The notes beneath the pieces were generated by a model. The model saw only the letters and a program-made list of their open reading frames with translations. It was not told where the DNA came from and did not search any database. From positions 1-62,345 of the IMG/VR virus record IMGVR_UViG_3300042509_002518: a stretch of 62,345 nt of DNA. One strand, 5' to 3'. The translations under genes and the position numbers were made by a program. Origin of the DNA: a virus (Duplodnaviria; Caudoviricetes). Position 1 is the stretch's first letter. Each line of letters starts with the position of its first letter. Below are positions 27,832 to 37,855 of this stretch, piece by piece.

Positions 27832-28608
27832 ATGCCAGCCACCCCACTGCCGATCACCATCAGCTACGGCGGCAGCAGCTTCACCTACCCCAACCTGGCT
27901 GAGCATCCCCTCACCTTCGATGCGACGGATGCGCAGCGCGGGCAGGTGGCCGAGGGGCTGAGCGCATCGGGGTTGCTGCTGGCGGACCAGGCGGATTCAC
28001 TGCTCGCGCTCTGGCGGGCATGGAACAGCGCGCGGCTGCCGGAGGATGCACCGGAGCTCACCGGCACCGTTGGTTCCACGGTGGCCGTGAGCGGCCGCGG
28101 GCCGGGCTTCGACTGGAGCACCCCCCGGGTGTGCTGGTTCAGCGATGCACCATCGATCACCCAGGTCGGCATCTTCTCCAGGGTGTCGGTGTCGGTGGTG
28201 GATGCCACCCAGGCCCTGGCGGTGCTCCTGCGGCAGCAGGAAGAACAGGCGGAGCAGACCAACCCGCTGAACCTCGGCACGCTGGCCCTCGGCGGCGCCA
28301 CGATCAACCTCACCGCACGGCCGGACACGTTCGATGGGCTGCCGCAGCTGCAGCTGAACCCTGCGGCCGCGCATGTGATCAGCGGCCCCCTGGCGCTGCA
28401 GGAACTGCGCGAGGTGGAGGGTTGGGTCACACCGGCCCATCTCACGCTGCTCGAGACCTGGGTGAAGACCACGATCGCCACCACACCAGCGGCGAACAGT
28501 TGGTTCCCGACCAGCTGGACGCGACCCACGGCCGTGATGCGCGCCAACGGCGGTGCGCTGGCCCTCACCTACGACGTGGGGCTGACGCTGGTGAAGGTGC
28601 GAGGTTGA
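27832..28608 (+). CDS. Putative distal tail protein
   Basis: Directly follows the tape measure gene. Confidence 0.55.
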   Translation: MPATPLPITISYGGSSFTYPNLAEHPLTFDATDAQRGQVAEGLSASGLLLADQADSLLALWRAWNSARLPEDAPELTGTVGSTVAVSGRGPGFDWSTPRVCWFSDAPSITQVGIFSRVSVSVVDATQALAVLLRQQEEQAEQTNPLNLGTLALGGATINLTARPDTFDGLPQLQLNPAAAHVISGPLALQELREVEGWVTPAHLTLLETWVKTTIATTPAANSWFPTSWTRPTAVMRANGGALALTYDVGLTLVKVRG

Positions 28609-28609
28609 G

Positions 28610-31600
28610 ATGACGATCGACACCAGGGCCTATGCGTGGTGCAACCTGGGCCAGCTGAGCCCAGAGACCCCCGCCACACTGGCTGACAGCCACATCCAGG
28701 GCAGCGGTGTGGTGACCGTGCGCGGCACCGTGGTGCTGCTGGGTGTGGTGCAGGTGGCGGCCGGCACTGCAGTGGACCTGGCCTATTCCGATGGCCAGCG
28801 CTGGATCGCGCGGGTGCCGCGGCGGCTGCGGGTGCTGAGCAGCAGCATCAACCCCCTGGCGCTCGGCGGGAGGGGTGAAACCACGCTGTCGGTCGGCTGC
28901 AAGCTGGCCTACATGGAAGATCGGAAGCCACCGATCACCAACCCGACCAACACGGAAGAGAACAGCGAGGTGCCGGAGGTGGAGCGGCGTGTGGCCACCC
29001 CACCGCTCACGGCAGGCTTTGTGGTCGGCAAGATCCTCACCGCCCTGGGGCTGACGGCTGCGAACACGATCCCGATGACGATCCGCCGGATCGTGGACGA
29101 ATGGGACCTGAGCGCCGGCTACGTGGAAGAGCTGGGCCGCATCGTGTCGTCAGAGGGCTACTTCTGCCGCGTGAACGAAGCGGAGCAGGTGGAGTTCATC
29201 AGCAAGAACCAGGAGCAGGGCCCTGGGCTGCTGGTGACCCAGCAGAACGTGATCGAGCTGACGCCCGCGAATGTGGGAGAGCTGCCCGGGGAAGCGGTGC
29301 TGGCGCGTTACACCAGCCTGAAGCTGGTGCCGCCGGATGCGGACCTGAGCGAAGACGAGGTGAAGAAGCGGAACTGGGAGAGCGAGACGGTCATCGGTGA
29401 TCCTGTGCAGTCGATCCACACCTACACCAATGATGCGGGCGAACAGGTCAAGCAGTACATCACCTACATGCCTACCAAGTTATTCACCACAAGCTACGAC
29501 CAAAAAGACCGGGTGAGGACGCGACAGGAGTCGTCGAACGAGCTGAATGGCCTGCGCTTTTCAACAACCAGCTTCTCATACGGAACCGCTTCATTCCTTG
29601 CTGACAGTGCTGATGCGCTAAGCGATGGAATCGGCAGCACTGCCGGCGGCAACGAAGACTCAACCCCTCGCAGTGAAACCACCCAGGAGTTCACCCCCGT
29701 CGGTGACTACCTGTCAGCCTGCGGCCTGGAGGGGCCTCATGGCCTGTTTCTGAGTGGCAACCAATGCACAATGATGCGGACGACGAGCTACGACCGCGAC
29801 CCCGTTTCTGGTGTCACAAGGACCACCACCAGGCAATACACCGCCTACATCAATACACCCTTCGGTTCTGATGCCATCGCCAAGCTGCGGGAGGCTGGCG
29901 AACCGGTGAGCGAGCTGCTGAAGGAAGCCCTCAAGCTGGTGCCCTACGGCAGCGAGCAGCGGATCCGCACCGAGCGAGAGTATGGCCTGCAGAAGCGGCC
30001 CGGGCAGGCCGAACGCACCGCACTCGCCACACGCAAGGCGCCGAGCGTGGAGCAGACCGCAGAGATCACCTGGGCGGTGGGTTCTAGCACCAGCCAGACC
30101 GCTGTGGAGATGTCGCCCTCCTATGTGTCCGATGACGCGATCGTGAAGGTGAATGGCGTCTACAGCGTGCAGGCCAGCAACGCCGAGGCCCAGGCGCTGA
30201 ACTACGCCAGGATCGAGAACCGCCTGCTGCTGGCCAACCGCAACGGCTGCGGCATCCAGCTCACACCGCTCCACACCCCTCCCAGGCCGTTCGACCTGCT
30301 CTACGTGCGGCTGAACGGGGCCACCGCCTGCTTCCGCGTCAACGGCACCACCTGGACGATCGATCGCGATGGTGCGGTGTGCACGATCGATGCGCTGTTC
30401 TGGGGTGCGATCGATGGCGCCGTCGCTGATGCCTGGTTCCCCCTGCCGCCTGGCGCCAGCAGCCTGCCGGCCACTGCTGCGGTGACCACCAACGCCAACC
30501 CGTTGCCGGCCAACGCGATCGCGATCCCCAACAGCTTCAACTTCACCAACCCAAACCTGCAGAGCCTGTTTGCAGCACTGCCCAGCGGGCAGGCGCCGAC
30601 CTATGCCGCGGTGATCAACCCGGCGCAGATCGTGCGGCCGTACCACGAGACGGTGGAGCTCCAGGGCGGTGTGCTGGTGGGCGGCAGCGTGGAGGTGCAG
30701 ACGTGGTTGCCGACTGAACTGGAGCTGGATGGTGGCGTGGCCATCGGTGGCAGCGTGCAGCCGATCGACACCCTGCTCGAGGTGCTGCCAGCTCAGATCG
30801 TGCTCCAGCCGGCGCCGATCACGCTGGTCAGCAATGTGGGCATCGCGGCGGTGGAGGTGCAGACGGCGCAGATCGTGCTGCTGCCCAACCCGATCAACCT
30901 GATCAATCTGGCGAGCACCACCGAGCTGCTGCTGGAGATGGAGGGCAGCGGCAGCGCCTTCGTGGACAGCAGCATCAACAACCACACCGTGACGGTGGCT
31001 GGAACGGTGACGCAAAGCGCCGGCCTGTCGCAGTGGGGCACGAAGGCGGCCGAGTTCAACGGCGCCGGCGGCGCAGTGGTGGTCGGGGGATCGCAGTTCG
31101 GGATCGCGAGCACCGAGGCCTTCAGTCTGAGCTTCTACTTCAGTCCGGGAGCCTGGAGCGCCGATGGCCTGAACGGGACCCGGCAGGTGCTTGAACTGGT
31201 CAACCCAAGCGGCAACGGGATCCAGATCAAGGCGGAACCGTACAACAATCAGACCCGGATTTACATGCTCCAGGGCGAGCTTGGAGTGAGCCAAGACTAC
31301 AGGGTTGCAACCGTTCCACGGGATCAGCTGTGTTACATCAAGATTGTGCGAGAGATCAATGGCCTGCGGCGGGTTGCGGTGAATGGAATTGAGCTGTTCA
31401 ACCCTGACACCTACAGCGGTCCCTTCATTGACACCAACCTCTACGACTCCCTGATCGTTGGCAGCGCCAGTGCCGAGATCCAGGCCGGCATTGGCATTGT
31501 TGGCCGAGTGGACTACGTGAAGCTCGAACGCATCGGCACCACCGTCACAGATGTGCCGATCGCTTCCGATAGCGACATCATCAGCCAGGCGGCGATCAAG

Positions 31601-32401
31601 CTGTTCCCGGCTCAGCTGCGGCTCCAGCCTGGCCAGGTGACGCTGGTGGATGAGGTGCCGATCAACACCCTGGAGGTGGGCACCGCGCAGCTGGTGCTCC
31701 AGCCGGCACCCATCACCCTGGCCAACACGGGCGGCAGCAGCACTGCGGTGCTGCTCGAGATGGAGGGCACAGGCAGCACGTTCGTGGACACCAGCGGCAA
31801 CAACAACGCCGTGTCGGTGGTGGTGACCACCAACCAGACCGCTGTGACGCAGACCACCGCTCAGGCTCGCTGGGGCAGCAAGGCGGCCGACTTCCCGGGC
31901 ACAGGCACCGCCATCGTGGTGGCCGGCACCGGCTTCCCGATCGCCGCCGGCGATCCCTTCTCGGTCTCGCTCTACGTGAGGCCTCCGGTCAGCGCCAATG
32001 TGAGGCGGTGCCTGCTGCTGATGGAGACCAACAGCAGCACCTGGCTCGAATTGTCGCTGGTTCCAGCCAGCAACCAGACGGAGTGCTACGTCCTGCTGGA
32101 AGACTACCCGTTCTCGGATTACAGGATCGCCACGGTTCCTTTCAACGCCTGGTCCTACATCAAGCTGGTGCGTGAAGCCAGCGGCCTGCGCCGCTTTGCT
32201 GCCAATGGAACCGAGATTCCTTACGTCGATTCCTACGAAGGCGAGATTCCGGTCTACGACAGCAGGGCCTATCCCAACGGCTTCAGGGTCGGCTCAACCG
32301 AAAACCAGATCATCTTCAACCAGGGCATCGTGGCTCACGTAGACCATGTGCGCCTGGAGCTGGCTGCAACCTCGATCACGGCAGTGCCGACCGGGCCATA
32401 G
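28610..32401 (+). CDS. Tail tip/hub protein with two C-terminal LamG/ConA-like modules
   Basis: 1263 aa; duplicated LLEMEG.GS.FVD.S.NN...WG.KAA.F modules. Confidence 0.7.
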   Translation: MTIDTRAYAWCNLGQLSPETPATLADSHIQGSGVVTVRGTVVLLGVVQVAAGTAVDLAYSDGQRWIARVPRRLRVLSSSINPLALGGRGETTLSVGCKLAYMEDRKPPITNPTNTEENSEVPEVERRVATPPLTAGFVVGKILTALGLTAANTIPMTIRRIVDEWDLSAGYVEELGRIVSSEGYFCRVNEAEQVEFISKNQEQGPGLLVTQQNVIELTPANVGELPGEAVLARYTSLKLVPPDADLSEDEVKKRNWESETVIGDPVQSIHTYTNDAGEQVKQYITYMPTKLFTTSYDQKDRVRTRQESSNELNGLRFSTTSFSYGTASFLADSADALSDGIGSTAGGNEDSTPRSETTQEFTPVGDYLSACGLEGPHGLFLSGNQCTMMRTTSYDRDPVSGVTRTTTRQYTAYINTPFGSDAIAKLREAGEPVSELLKEALKLVPYGSEQRIRTEREYGLQKRPGQAERTALATRKAPSVEQTAEITWAVGSSTSQTAVEMSPSYVSDDAIVKVNGVYSVQASNAEAQALNYARIENRLLLANRNGCGIQLTPLHTPPRPFDLLYVRLNGATACFRVNGTTWTIDRDGAVCTIDALFWGAIDGAVADAWFPLPPGASSLPATAAVTTNANPLPANAIAIPNSFNFTNPNLQSLFAALPSGQAPTYAAVINPAQIVRPYHETVELQGGVLVGGSVEVQTWLPTELELDGGVAIGGSVQPIDTLLEVLPAQIVLQPAPITLVSNVGIAAVEVQTAQIVLLPNPINLINLASTTELLLEMEGSGSAFVDSSINNHTVTVAGTVTQSAGLSQWGTKAAEFNGAGGAVVVGGSQFGIASTEAFSLSFYFSPGAWSADGLNGTRQVLELVNPSGNGIQIKAEPYNNQTRIYMLQGELGVSQDYRVATVPRDQLCYIKIVREINGLRRVAVNGIELFNPDTYSGPFIDTNLYDSLIVGSASAEIQAGIGIVGRVDYVKLERIGTTVTDVPIASDSDIISQAAIKLFPAQLRLQPGQVTLVDEVPINTLEVGTAQLVLQPAPITLANTGGSSTAVLLEMEGTGSTFVDTSGNNNAVSVVVTTNQTAVTQTTAQARWGSKAADFPGTGTAIVVAGTGFPIAAGDPFSVSLYVRPPVSANVRRCLLLMETNSSTWLELSLVPASNQTECYVLLEDYPFSDYRIATVPFNAWSYIKLVREASGLRRFAANGTEIPYVDSYEGEIPVYDSRAYPNGFRVGSTENQIIFNQGIVAHVDHVRLELAATSITAVPTGP

Positions 32402-32438
32402 GGCCAGGCGGGAAAACTGACGCGAGCTTCACAGGGCC

Positions 32439-33110
32439 ATGGCTGTCTGCACCTTCATCCCCGTACCGTCATTCGCAGAGGCTGCATTCGAGAAGGGGCA
32501 CAACTGCAGCACCGACACCATCAAGGCCATGCTGGCCACCACGGTGCCGGAGCTGCAGGCGCTGACGCAGCGCAGCCAGCTGGCAGAGGTGGCCAACGGC
32601 AATGGCTACACCACCGGCGGGGTGACCTGCACCGCCAGCACGAGCGACACGGTGAACGGCCTCTACAGCCTGAACCTGGCTGATCCCGTGGCCTGGAGTG
32701 CCAGCGGCAGTGGCTTCAGCTTCAACACGGTGGCCTTCTACAACGACACCAGCGCTAGCGACCTGCTGCTCGGCCTGGTGTTCGTGAGCACCGCCGGGCA
32801 GAAGTCGATCACAAACGTCTCGCTGTCAAACAACGTCGCGACACTGACCTGCAATGCCCACGGCTTCCAGGTGGGCGATGTGGTGGTCGTGACCGAGCTG
32901 GACAACGGCGTGCTGAACGGCACCTACACCATCACGTCGGTCACCACCAACGCATTCAGCTACAACCGCACCGCAGCCAACATCACCAGCACAGCAGTGA
33001 CGGCCGGCAAGGTGATCAAGCCGGAAACGATCACCAAGCCGGCGGGCTCGAGCTTCGCGATCCAGTTCGGTGGTGCAGCCCTGTTCACCGCGAAAGTGAA
33101 GGGCAACTGA
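32439..33110 (+). CDS. Virion/tail protein
   Basis: DTIKAML...EVANGNGYTTGG motif; shares the AHG...GD.V beta module with the tail tube protein. Confidence 0.65.
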   Translation: MAVCTFIPVPSFAEAAFEKGHNCSTDTIKAMLATTVPELQALTQRSQLAEVANGNGYTTGGVTCTASTSDTVNGLYSLNLADPVAWSASGSGFSFNTVAFYNDTSASDLLLGLVFVSTAGQKSITNVSLSNNVATLTCNAHGFQVGDVVVVTELDNGVLNGTYTITSVTTNAFSYNRTAANITSTAVTAGKVIKPETITKPAGSSFAIQFGGAALFTAKVKGN

Positions 33111-33111
33111 C

Positions 33112-33570
33112 ATGGCGCTTCCATTCCAGACCAGTGATGCCGAACTGGCCCGGGTGTTTGCAGCGGCCTACCAGGGCCGTGTGGTCCGGGCCTGCCTGGC
33201 GACCAACAGCGGCACCCTGACGAAGAACAGCACCACCGCGCAGTGGGATGCGGCGGAGATCAGCGCGCAGGCCTCTGAGGGCTACGCCAGGGTGCAGTGG
33301 ACGATCCCGGCCGGCGCCTACGACGCCGCGACGGGGCGGTTTCGATCGCCGCAGCAGCTGGCCACCTTCACCGCGGCAGCGAACGGCCTGGGGCTCACCT
33401 ACGACACGCTCTACATCGTGCTGGGGACCGCCGGCGGCGGTGGCGCCGTGACCTGGGACACGACGGTGGCGATGCTGCATGTGGAGGCACCGAGCATCGC
33501 GCTGAGCCCTGGTGAACCGCGCAGCTACCGCGTGCGGCTGCTGACCGATGACATCACGACGGTGGCCTGA
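33112..33570 (+). CDS. Putative tail protein
   Basis: EIS...GYARV motif; context. Confidence 0.55.
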   Translation: MALPFQTSDAELARVFAAAYQGRVVRACLATNSGTLTKNSTTAQWDAAEISAQASEGYARVQWTIPAGAYDAATGRFRSPQQLATFTAAANGLGLTYDTLYIVLGTAGGGGAVTWDTTVAMLHVEAPSIALSPGEPRSYRVRLLTDDITTVA

Positions 33571-33575
33571 GGCTG

Positions 33576-34949
33576 GTGGCCACACGCATTGACCTGAACC
33601 TGCCGCCGCGGCTGCTGGAGGCGGCACGGGCGACGCAGGCGGCCAACCGGCGGCAGCTGCTGAACCGCGAGCAGCAGCAGCGTGATGCGCGGGAGGTGAA
33701 GCGGCAGCTGCGGAAGGTCGAGGAAGAGCAGCGCAAGGCGACCAGGCAGCGAGACCTGTGGAAGGGTGCAGTGCCGGAGTTCCCCCTGCCGGCTGGGGTG
33801 GTGGGCGGCCGGCGGGATGGCGTCACTGTGGCCCATGGGTTCCTGACCGAGGGCGTGGTGACCCCGCGGGAGTACCGGCTGTGGAGCGGGGATGGCAGCC
33901 AGTCGGTGAAGGTGCCGCTACCTGAAGAGTCGGCCACCGGCAAAGCTCCAGAAAGCTTCGTCGCAGAAAGGTATGTCTACGGAAAGATGATTGGCTATAC
34001 AGATGCCAATGGCAACATAGGATCAACCTCAAGCATTAGCGTGCCTCCCGATCAGGCATTGCCTCCACTTGTGGAGCAGACAAGAACGTTTGCCGTGACG
34101 GCCAACGGAACGTCAAACCTGCAATGGCTTTTGCTTCCAGCAGGGAGAGCCAGTCTTGTTCTGGTTTTGACCTACCAGCAATACTCAACCACACAGACAA
34201 CACTGCAAAGGCTCACGAGAACAGCCACTTACGACAAAAGCAAGTACACCATTACAAAAGGGATTTACCAAACAAACGTTGGCTACCTCGTTGGGGACGT
34301 AGTTGTTACCGAGGGCGGCCTGTATGAGGTTGGCAGTACGCTGGCGGGCGTTGCCGTGTCATCGTATGACTATGTTGTTCTTGTTGGATTCGAGCTTGCA
34401 ATAAGAATGACCTATGTGGATCAGTGGCTAATGGTTAGCACATCTTCTAAGACCGCCATCAGTGCCGCTCCGCCACTGGCCTTCTACATCACCGAAAAAT
34501 CCGTACGCGCAATCAATGCGCCGGCCGCAATCTATCAGCTGCTTGCAGACCGCAATCGTGATGGTGCTGTCACCAGCGCCACCCAGGGCCTCGGCGCAGA
34601 TGTTGACGGGGTGCGACTGGCCACACCGCAGACGATCGAGGCGGTCACTACCGGCGACCCTCAGTCCTGGTCGCCCACCTGGCTGCAGTTCAGCCGATCA
34701 GGCAGCAACCCATCCCAGCTGGTGGCGCGCAAGATCCGTGCGCTGGATCCGATCAGCCATGAACCGCTCGATCCCGCCTCCGGCACCCTGATCCCTGGCC
34801 TCACCGTGCCGCTGCAGCTGCCGAACCTGGCGAACCTGCCGCCTGGCACCAACCAGACGCTGCTGCTGGCCTGGGACTGGGGCAAGCCTGCGCTCTGCCG
34901 CCAGCGGCTGCTCAACCTCGGCTTCTCCCCGGAGGATCTGGCCCCATGA
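33576..34949 (+). CDS. Putative virion/receptor-binding protein with lower-GC centre
   Basis: Context; compositional shift at about 33940-34500. Confidence 0.5.
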   Translation: MATRIDLNLPPRLLEAARATQAANRRQLLNREQQQRDAREVKRQLRKVEEEQRKATRQRDLWKGAVPEFPLPAGVVGGRRDGVTVAHGFLTEGVVTPREYRLWSGDGSQSVKVPLPEESATGKAPESFVAERYVYGKMIGYTDANGNIGSTSSISVPPDQALPPLVEQTRTFAVTANGTSNLQWLLLPAGRASLVLVLTYQQYSTTQTTLQRLTRTATYDKSKYTITKGIYQTNVGYLVGDVVVTEGGLYEVGSTLAGVAVSSYDYVVLVGFELAIRMTYVDQWLMVSTSSKTAISAAPPLAFYITEKSVRAINAPAAIYQLLADRNRDGAVTSATQGLGADVDGVRLATPQTIEAVTTGDPQSWSPTWLQFSRSGSNPSQLVARKIRALDPISHEPLDPASGTLIPGLTVPLQLPNLANLPPGTNQTLLLAWDWGKPALCRQRLLNLGFSPEDLAP

Positions 34950-35131
34950 CCATCACCACAGCCACACCATCACCACAGCCCGAGGACGACCTGCAGCCTG
35001 GCTACAGCAGCCAGCCCACGGTGTTCCAGCGTGCGGAGCTGGCGGCCCTGGCCAACCGCCAGCGGCTGCTCAACCGTGAAGCACGCGCACGCACCATCGC
35101 CAAGGGCGTGAAGCTCAACACCCTCTCCTGA
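34946..35131 (+). CDS. Small hypothetical protein
   Basis: ANRQRLLNRE echoes ANRRQLLNRE in the preceding gene. Confidence 0.55.
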   Translation: MTITTATPSPQPEDDLQPGYSSQPTVFQRAELAALANRQRLLNREARARTIAKGVKLNTLS

Positions 35132-35194
35132 TAGCTGCCAACGGGAAAACTGCGCCCGCAACCTTGCACCGGGCGAGCGACTCCCCGGCATCGG

Positions 35195-36052
35195 ATGAAG
35201 ACACGATTCTCGGCACGCTTCAACACGCTGTGGAGCGATCTGCTGCCCCTCCACACCACGGTCGATCCTGATCCTTCCGGCGATGGCGCCGGTGATGCCG
35301 GTGGCGCGGGTGGTGATGGCACCGCCGGCGGCGCGGCAGGGGCCAGTAGCGGTGCAGCAGGAGGCCTCAGTGGCGGGGATGACCCTGAGGCGCACCTGGG
35401 TGATCCCGGCAAGCGGGCCCTCGCGGCACTCCGCGCTGAAAAGGATGCGCTGATACGCCAGCTGGCCGAAATCCAGCGCACCCACCCGGCAGCCGTGTCT
35501 GAGGCCAAGGAGCGGGCCGAGCAGCTGGAGCGGCAACTGCGCGAACGCGAGCAGCTCACCGAAGCGGAGCGGCTGCGGCTGGAGCGGAAGCACCAGGACC
35601 AGCTGGCCAAGGCCACCGAGACCGCCACGCAGGAACGCCAGCGGCGCATCAACCTCGAGATCCGCACCGCCGCCCGCGCGGCGTTCGATGCCGCCCACGG
35701 CCGTGATGGTGCCGACGAAGCGGGGCTGACCTTCTTCGATGGCTTCATGGCCCTGGTGGGCTCGAAGCACCTCCGGCTCGATGAAGCCACCGGCCAGGTC
35801 TATGTGGTCGATGGCCAGGGCGATCCGATGCTTTCGGCCGATGGCAAGGGCCGCGTCAGCCCAATCGAGTGGATGAACCAGCAGGCCGATGGCTCGCCGG
35901 TGGTCGGCTCGTTCTTCCGCAGCCGCATGGGCGAGGGCTCTGGCGGGTTCGTTGGTGCCCGCGGCCAGCGCGGTGGTGTGGTGGCCCGCGACCCGCAGCA
36001 GGCGATCAAGGCCGGCACCCGCGACTTCCTGTCGGCCGCCTACCCCGGCTGA
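35195..36052 (+). CDS. Capsid scaffolding protein
   Basis: Gly/acidic N-terminus, LGDPGKRALAALR, coiled coil, GEGSGG C-terminus; precedes the capsid gene. Confidence 0.75.
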   Translation: MKTRFSARFNTLWSDLLPLHTTVDPDPSGDGAGDAGGAGGDGTAGGAAGASSGAAGGLSGGDDPEAHLGDPGKRALAALRAEKDALIRQLAEIQRTHPAAVSEAKERAEQLERQLREREQLTEAERLRLERKHQDQLAKATETATQERQRRINLEIRTAARAAFDAAHGRDGADEAGLTFFDGFMALVGSKHLRLDEATGQVYVVDGQGDPMLSADGKGRVSPIEWMNQQADGSPVVGSFFRSRMGEGSGGFVGARGQRGGVVARDPQQAIKAGTRDFLSAAYPG

Positions 36053-36276
36053 GGGCGCAGAAGAGGGGGGAACGGAAAACTCCGGGCGACTGGGTGGTGA
36101 TGCACGCGATGTGCAGCCACAACCCAGCACCGCCCGGTTGGCGCGATGCCGTCGGTGCCATCCACATCCAGATGACCACGGCATCAGCCGCGCCATCCGC
36201 CTGGAGCGACTCCACGGGGGCGGCCTGAAGCCAGGCCATCGCGATTCCCGTCAATCCTCCAACCCCCCTCTTTCCG

Positions 36277-37236
36277 ATGGCTTCCCTTACCCTCTGGGAG
36301 CAGTTCCAGCTCCGCATTCAGCAGGGCGCCAGTGATCAGGAACTGGCTGTCCGCGCTGGTCTGAACGTTTCCGAGCTCGCCCGCATCGTGCCCTTCGTGG
36401 ACGTGCAAGGCGGCGCCTACCCCTACGCCCTCGAAGACGAGCTGCCCGATGCGCAGCCCCGTCTGTTCGATGAGGCGAACGACGACAGCCTCGGCACCGT
36501 GAAGACGGAAGCTGAAGTGCTGAAGATCTACGGCAAGGACGTGAAGACCGACCAGAGCAAGCTGGCTCTGTTCGGTGCCAGCGCCCACCGTCGCCAGCTC
36601 GACATGACCATCCGCGCCATGCGGATGCGCTTCGAGCGTGACTTCCTCAATGGCGACGCCAACGCCTCGAACGGCCGCGAGATGGATGGTCTGCGCAAGC
36701 GGATCAACACCGGCAGCAACCAGGCCCTGGCCAACCATGGCTCCGCCGGTCCGCTGAGCCTCTCGAAGCTCGATGAGCTGATCGATGCCGTGGATGCTCC
36801 CCCCAGCGACAAGGTGCTGGTGGTCGGCCGCCCCCTGGGCCTGAAGTTCAACAAGGCCATGCGCACCAGCGGTGTGGCAGGCAACATCGACTTCCGCCCC
36901 GATGAGTTCGGCCGTCAAACCCTGTTCTACGGGGATGTGCGGATCATCCGCACCGACGTGGACCGCCAGAACAACGCGATCCAGGCGTTCGATGAGGCGA
37001 ACAGCACCTGCTCGATCTATTGCCTCGCCCTGGGCGAGGGGATGGTGAGCGGCCTGCAGGGCCCCAGCAACACCCCCACCGGCCAGGTGCCTGGTCTCGC
37101 CGTCTACGACGTGGGCGAGATGTTCACCACCCCCACCTTCCTCACCCGGATCAGCTGGCACATCGGTGCGGTGATCGAAACCAAGCGTGCTGCGGCCCGC
37201 CTGTACAACATCACCAACGCTGACATCATCGCCTGA
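36277..37236 (+). CDS. Major capsid protein
   Basis: 319 aa; VPFVDVQGGAYPY, FLNGD...EMDGLRKR, LSLSKLDELIDAV, AAARLYNI. Confidence 0.85.
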   Translation: MASLTLWEQFQLRIQQGASDQELAVRAGLNVSELARIVPFVDVQGGAYPYALEDELPDAQPRLFDEANDDSLGTVKTEAEVLKIYGKDVKTDQSKLALFGASAHRRQLDMTIRAMRMRFERDFLNGDANASNGREMDGLRKRINTGSNQALANHGSAGPLSLSKLDELIDAVDAPPSDKVLVVGRPLGLKFNKAMRTSGVAGNIDFRPDEFGRQTLFYGDVRIIRTDVDRQNNAIQAFDEANSTCSIYCLALGEGMVSGLQGPSNTPTGQVPGLAVYDVGEMFTTPTFLTRISWHIGAVIETKRAAARLYNITNADIIA

Positions 37237-37286
37237 GTTGATCAGGCTTTTACCTGCTCCACTGTCCTTCATTCCCTTTGTGAACC

Positions 37287-37778
37287 ATGCCTAAGGCTAC
37301 TGGCCTTCTGAGCCGCAAGGCTTACTACATCGACCGCGAATCGGTGCTGCTTGGCACTGTGCGTGCGGGCGAGGGTGCGGCTGCTGAAACCCGCACCGGT
37401 GCTGCTCGGCTGATGAGCTTCAAGCTCAACAGCGCCGACATGCTCAAGTTCGTGGCTGCTGGCGGTGCTGACAACAGCGCCGGCGGTTACCTGATCCAGG
37501 TGGCGCACGTGGCCGAGGGTGGCGCCCTGGCCAACGCCAACCCCACCGGCTACGTCACCATCGGCACCATCGCCTTCTCGGGCAAGAAGACCCTTGAGGT
37601 CGGCTTCACCGGGTCGCAGATCGAGGAGCTGGTGAAGGCTGCTGCCTCGCCTGCCATCACCGGTGATGTGCGTGTGGTGGCGCTGCGCCTGGTGGCCGGC
37701 ACCGGTACTGGCGAAGGCCAGAACGGTGTGGTGGTCCCCGCCGGCACGGGCAACACCATCCACGTGCAGAACGGCTGA
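37287..37778 (+). CDS. Capsid decoration/cement protein candidate
   Basis: Directly after the capsid gene; beta-rich; followed by a terminator. Confidence 0.55.
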   Translation: MPKATGLLSRKAYYIDRESVLLGTVRAGEGAAAETRTGAARLMSFKLNSADMLKFVAAGGADNSAGGYLIQVAHVAEGGALANANPTGYVTIGTIAFSGKKTLEVGFTGSQIEELVKAAASPAITGDVRVVALRLVAGTGTGEGQNGVVVPAGTGNTIHVQNG

Positions 37779-37796
37779 TCCACAGATCAGCGACTG

Positions 37797-37829
37797 GCGG
37801 GGCCTCGATTGCGGGGCTCCGCTTTCTTC
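37797..37829 (+). terminator. Intrinsic terminator
   Basis: GCGGGGCCTCG-ATTG-CGGGGCTCCGC-TTTCTT. Confidence 0.75.
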
Positions 37830-37855
37830 AGTTCCACCTTCGACGATCGAACCCC

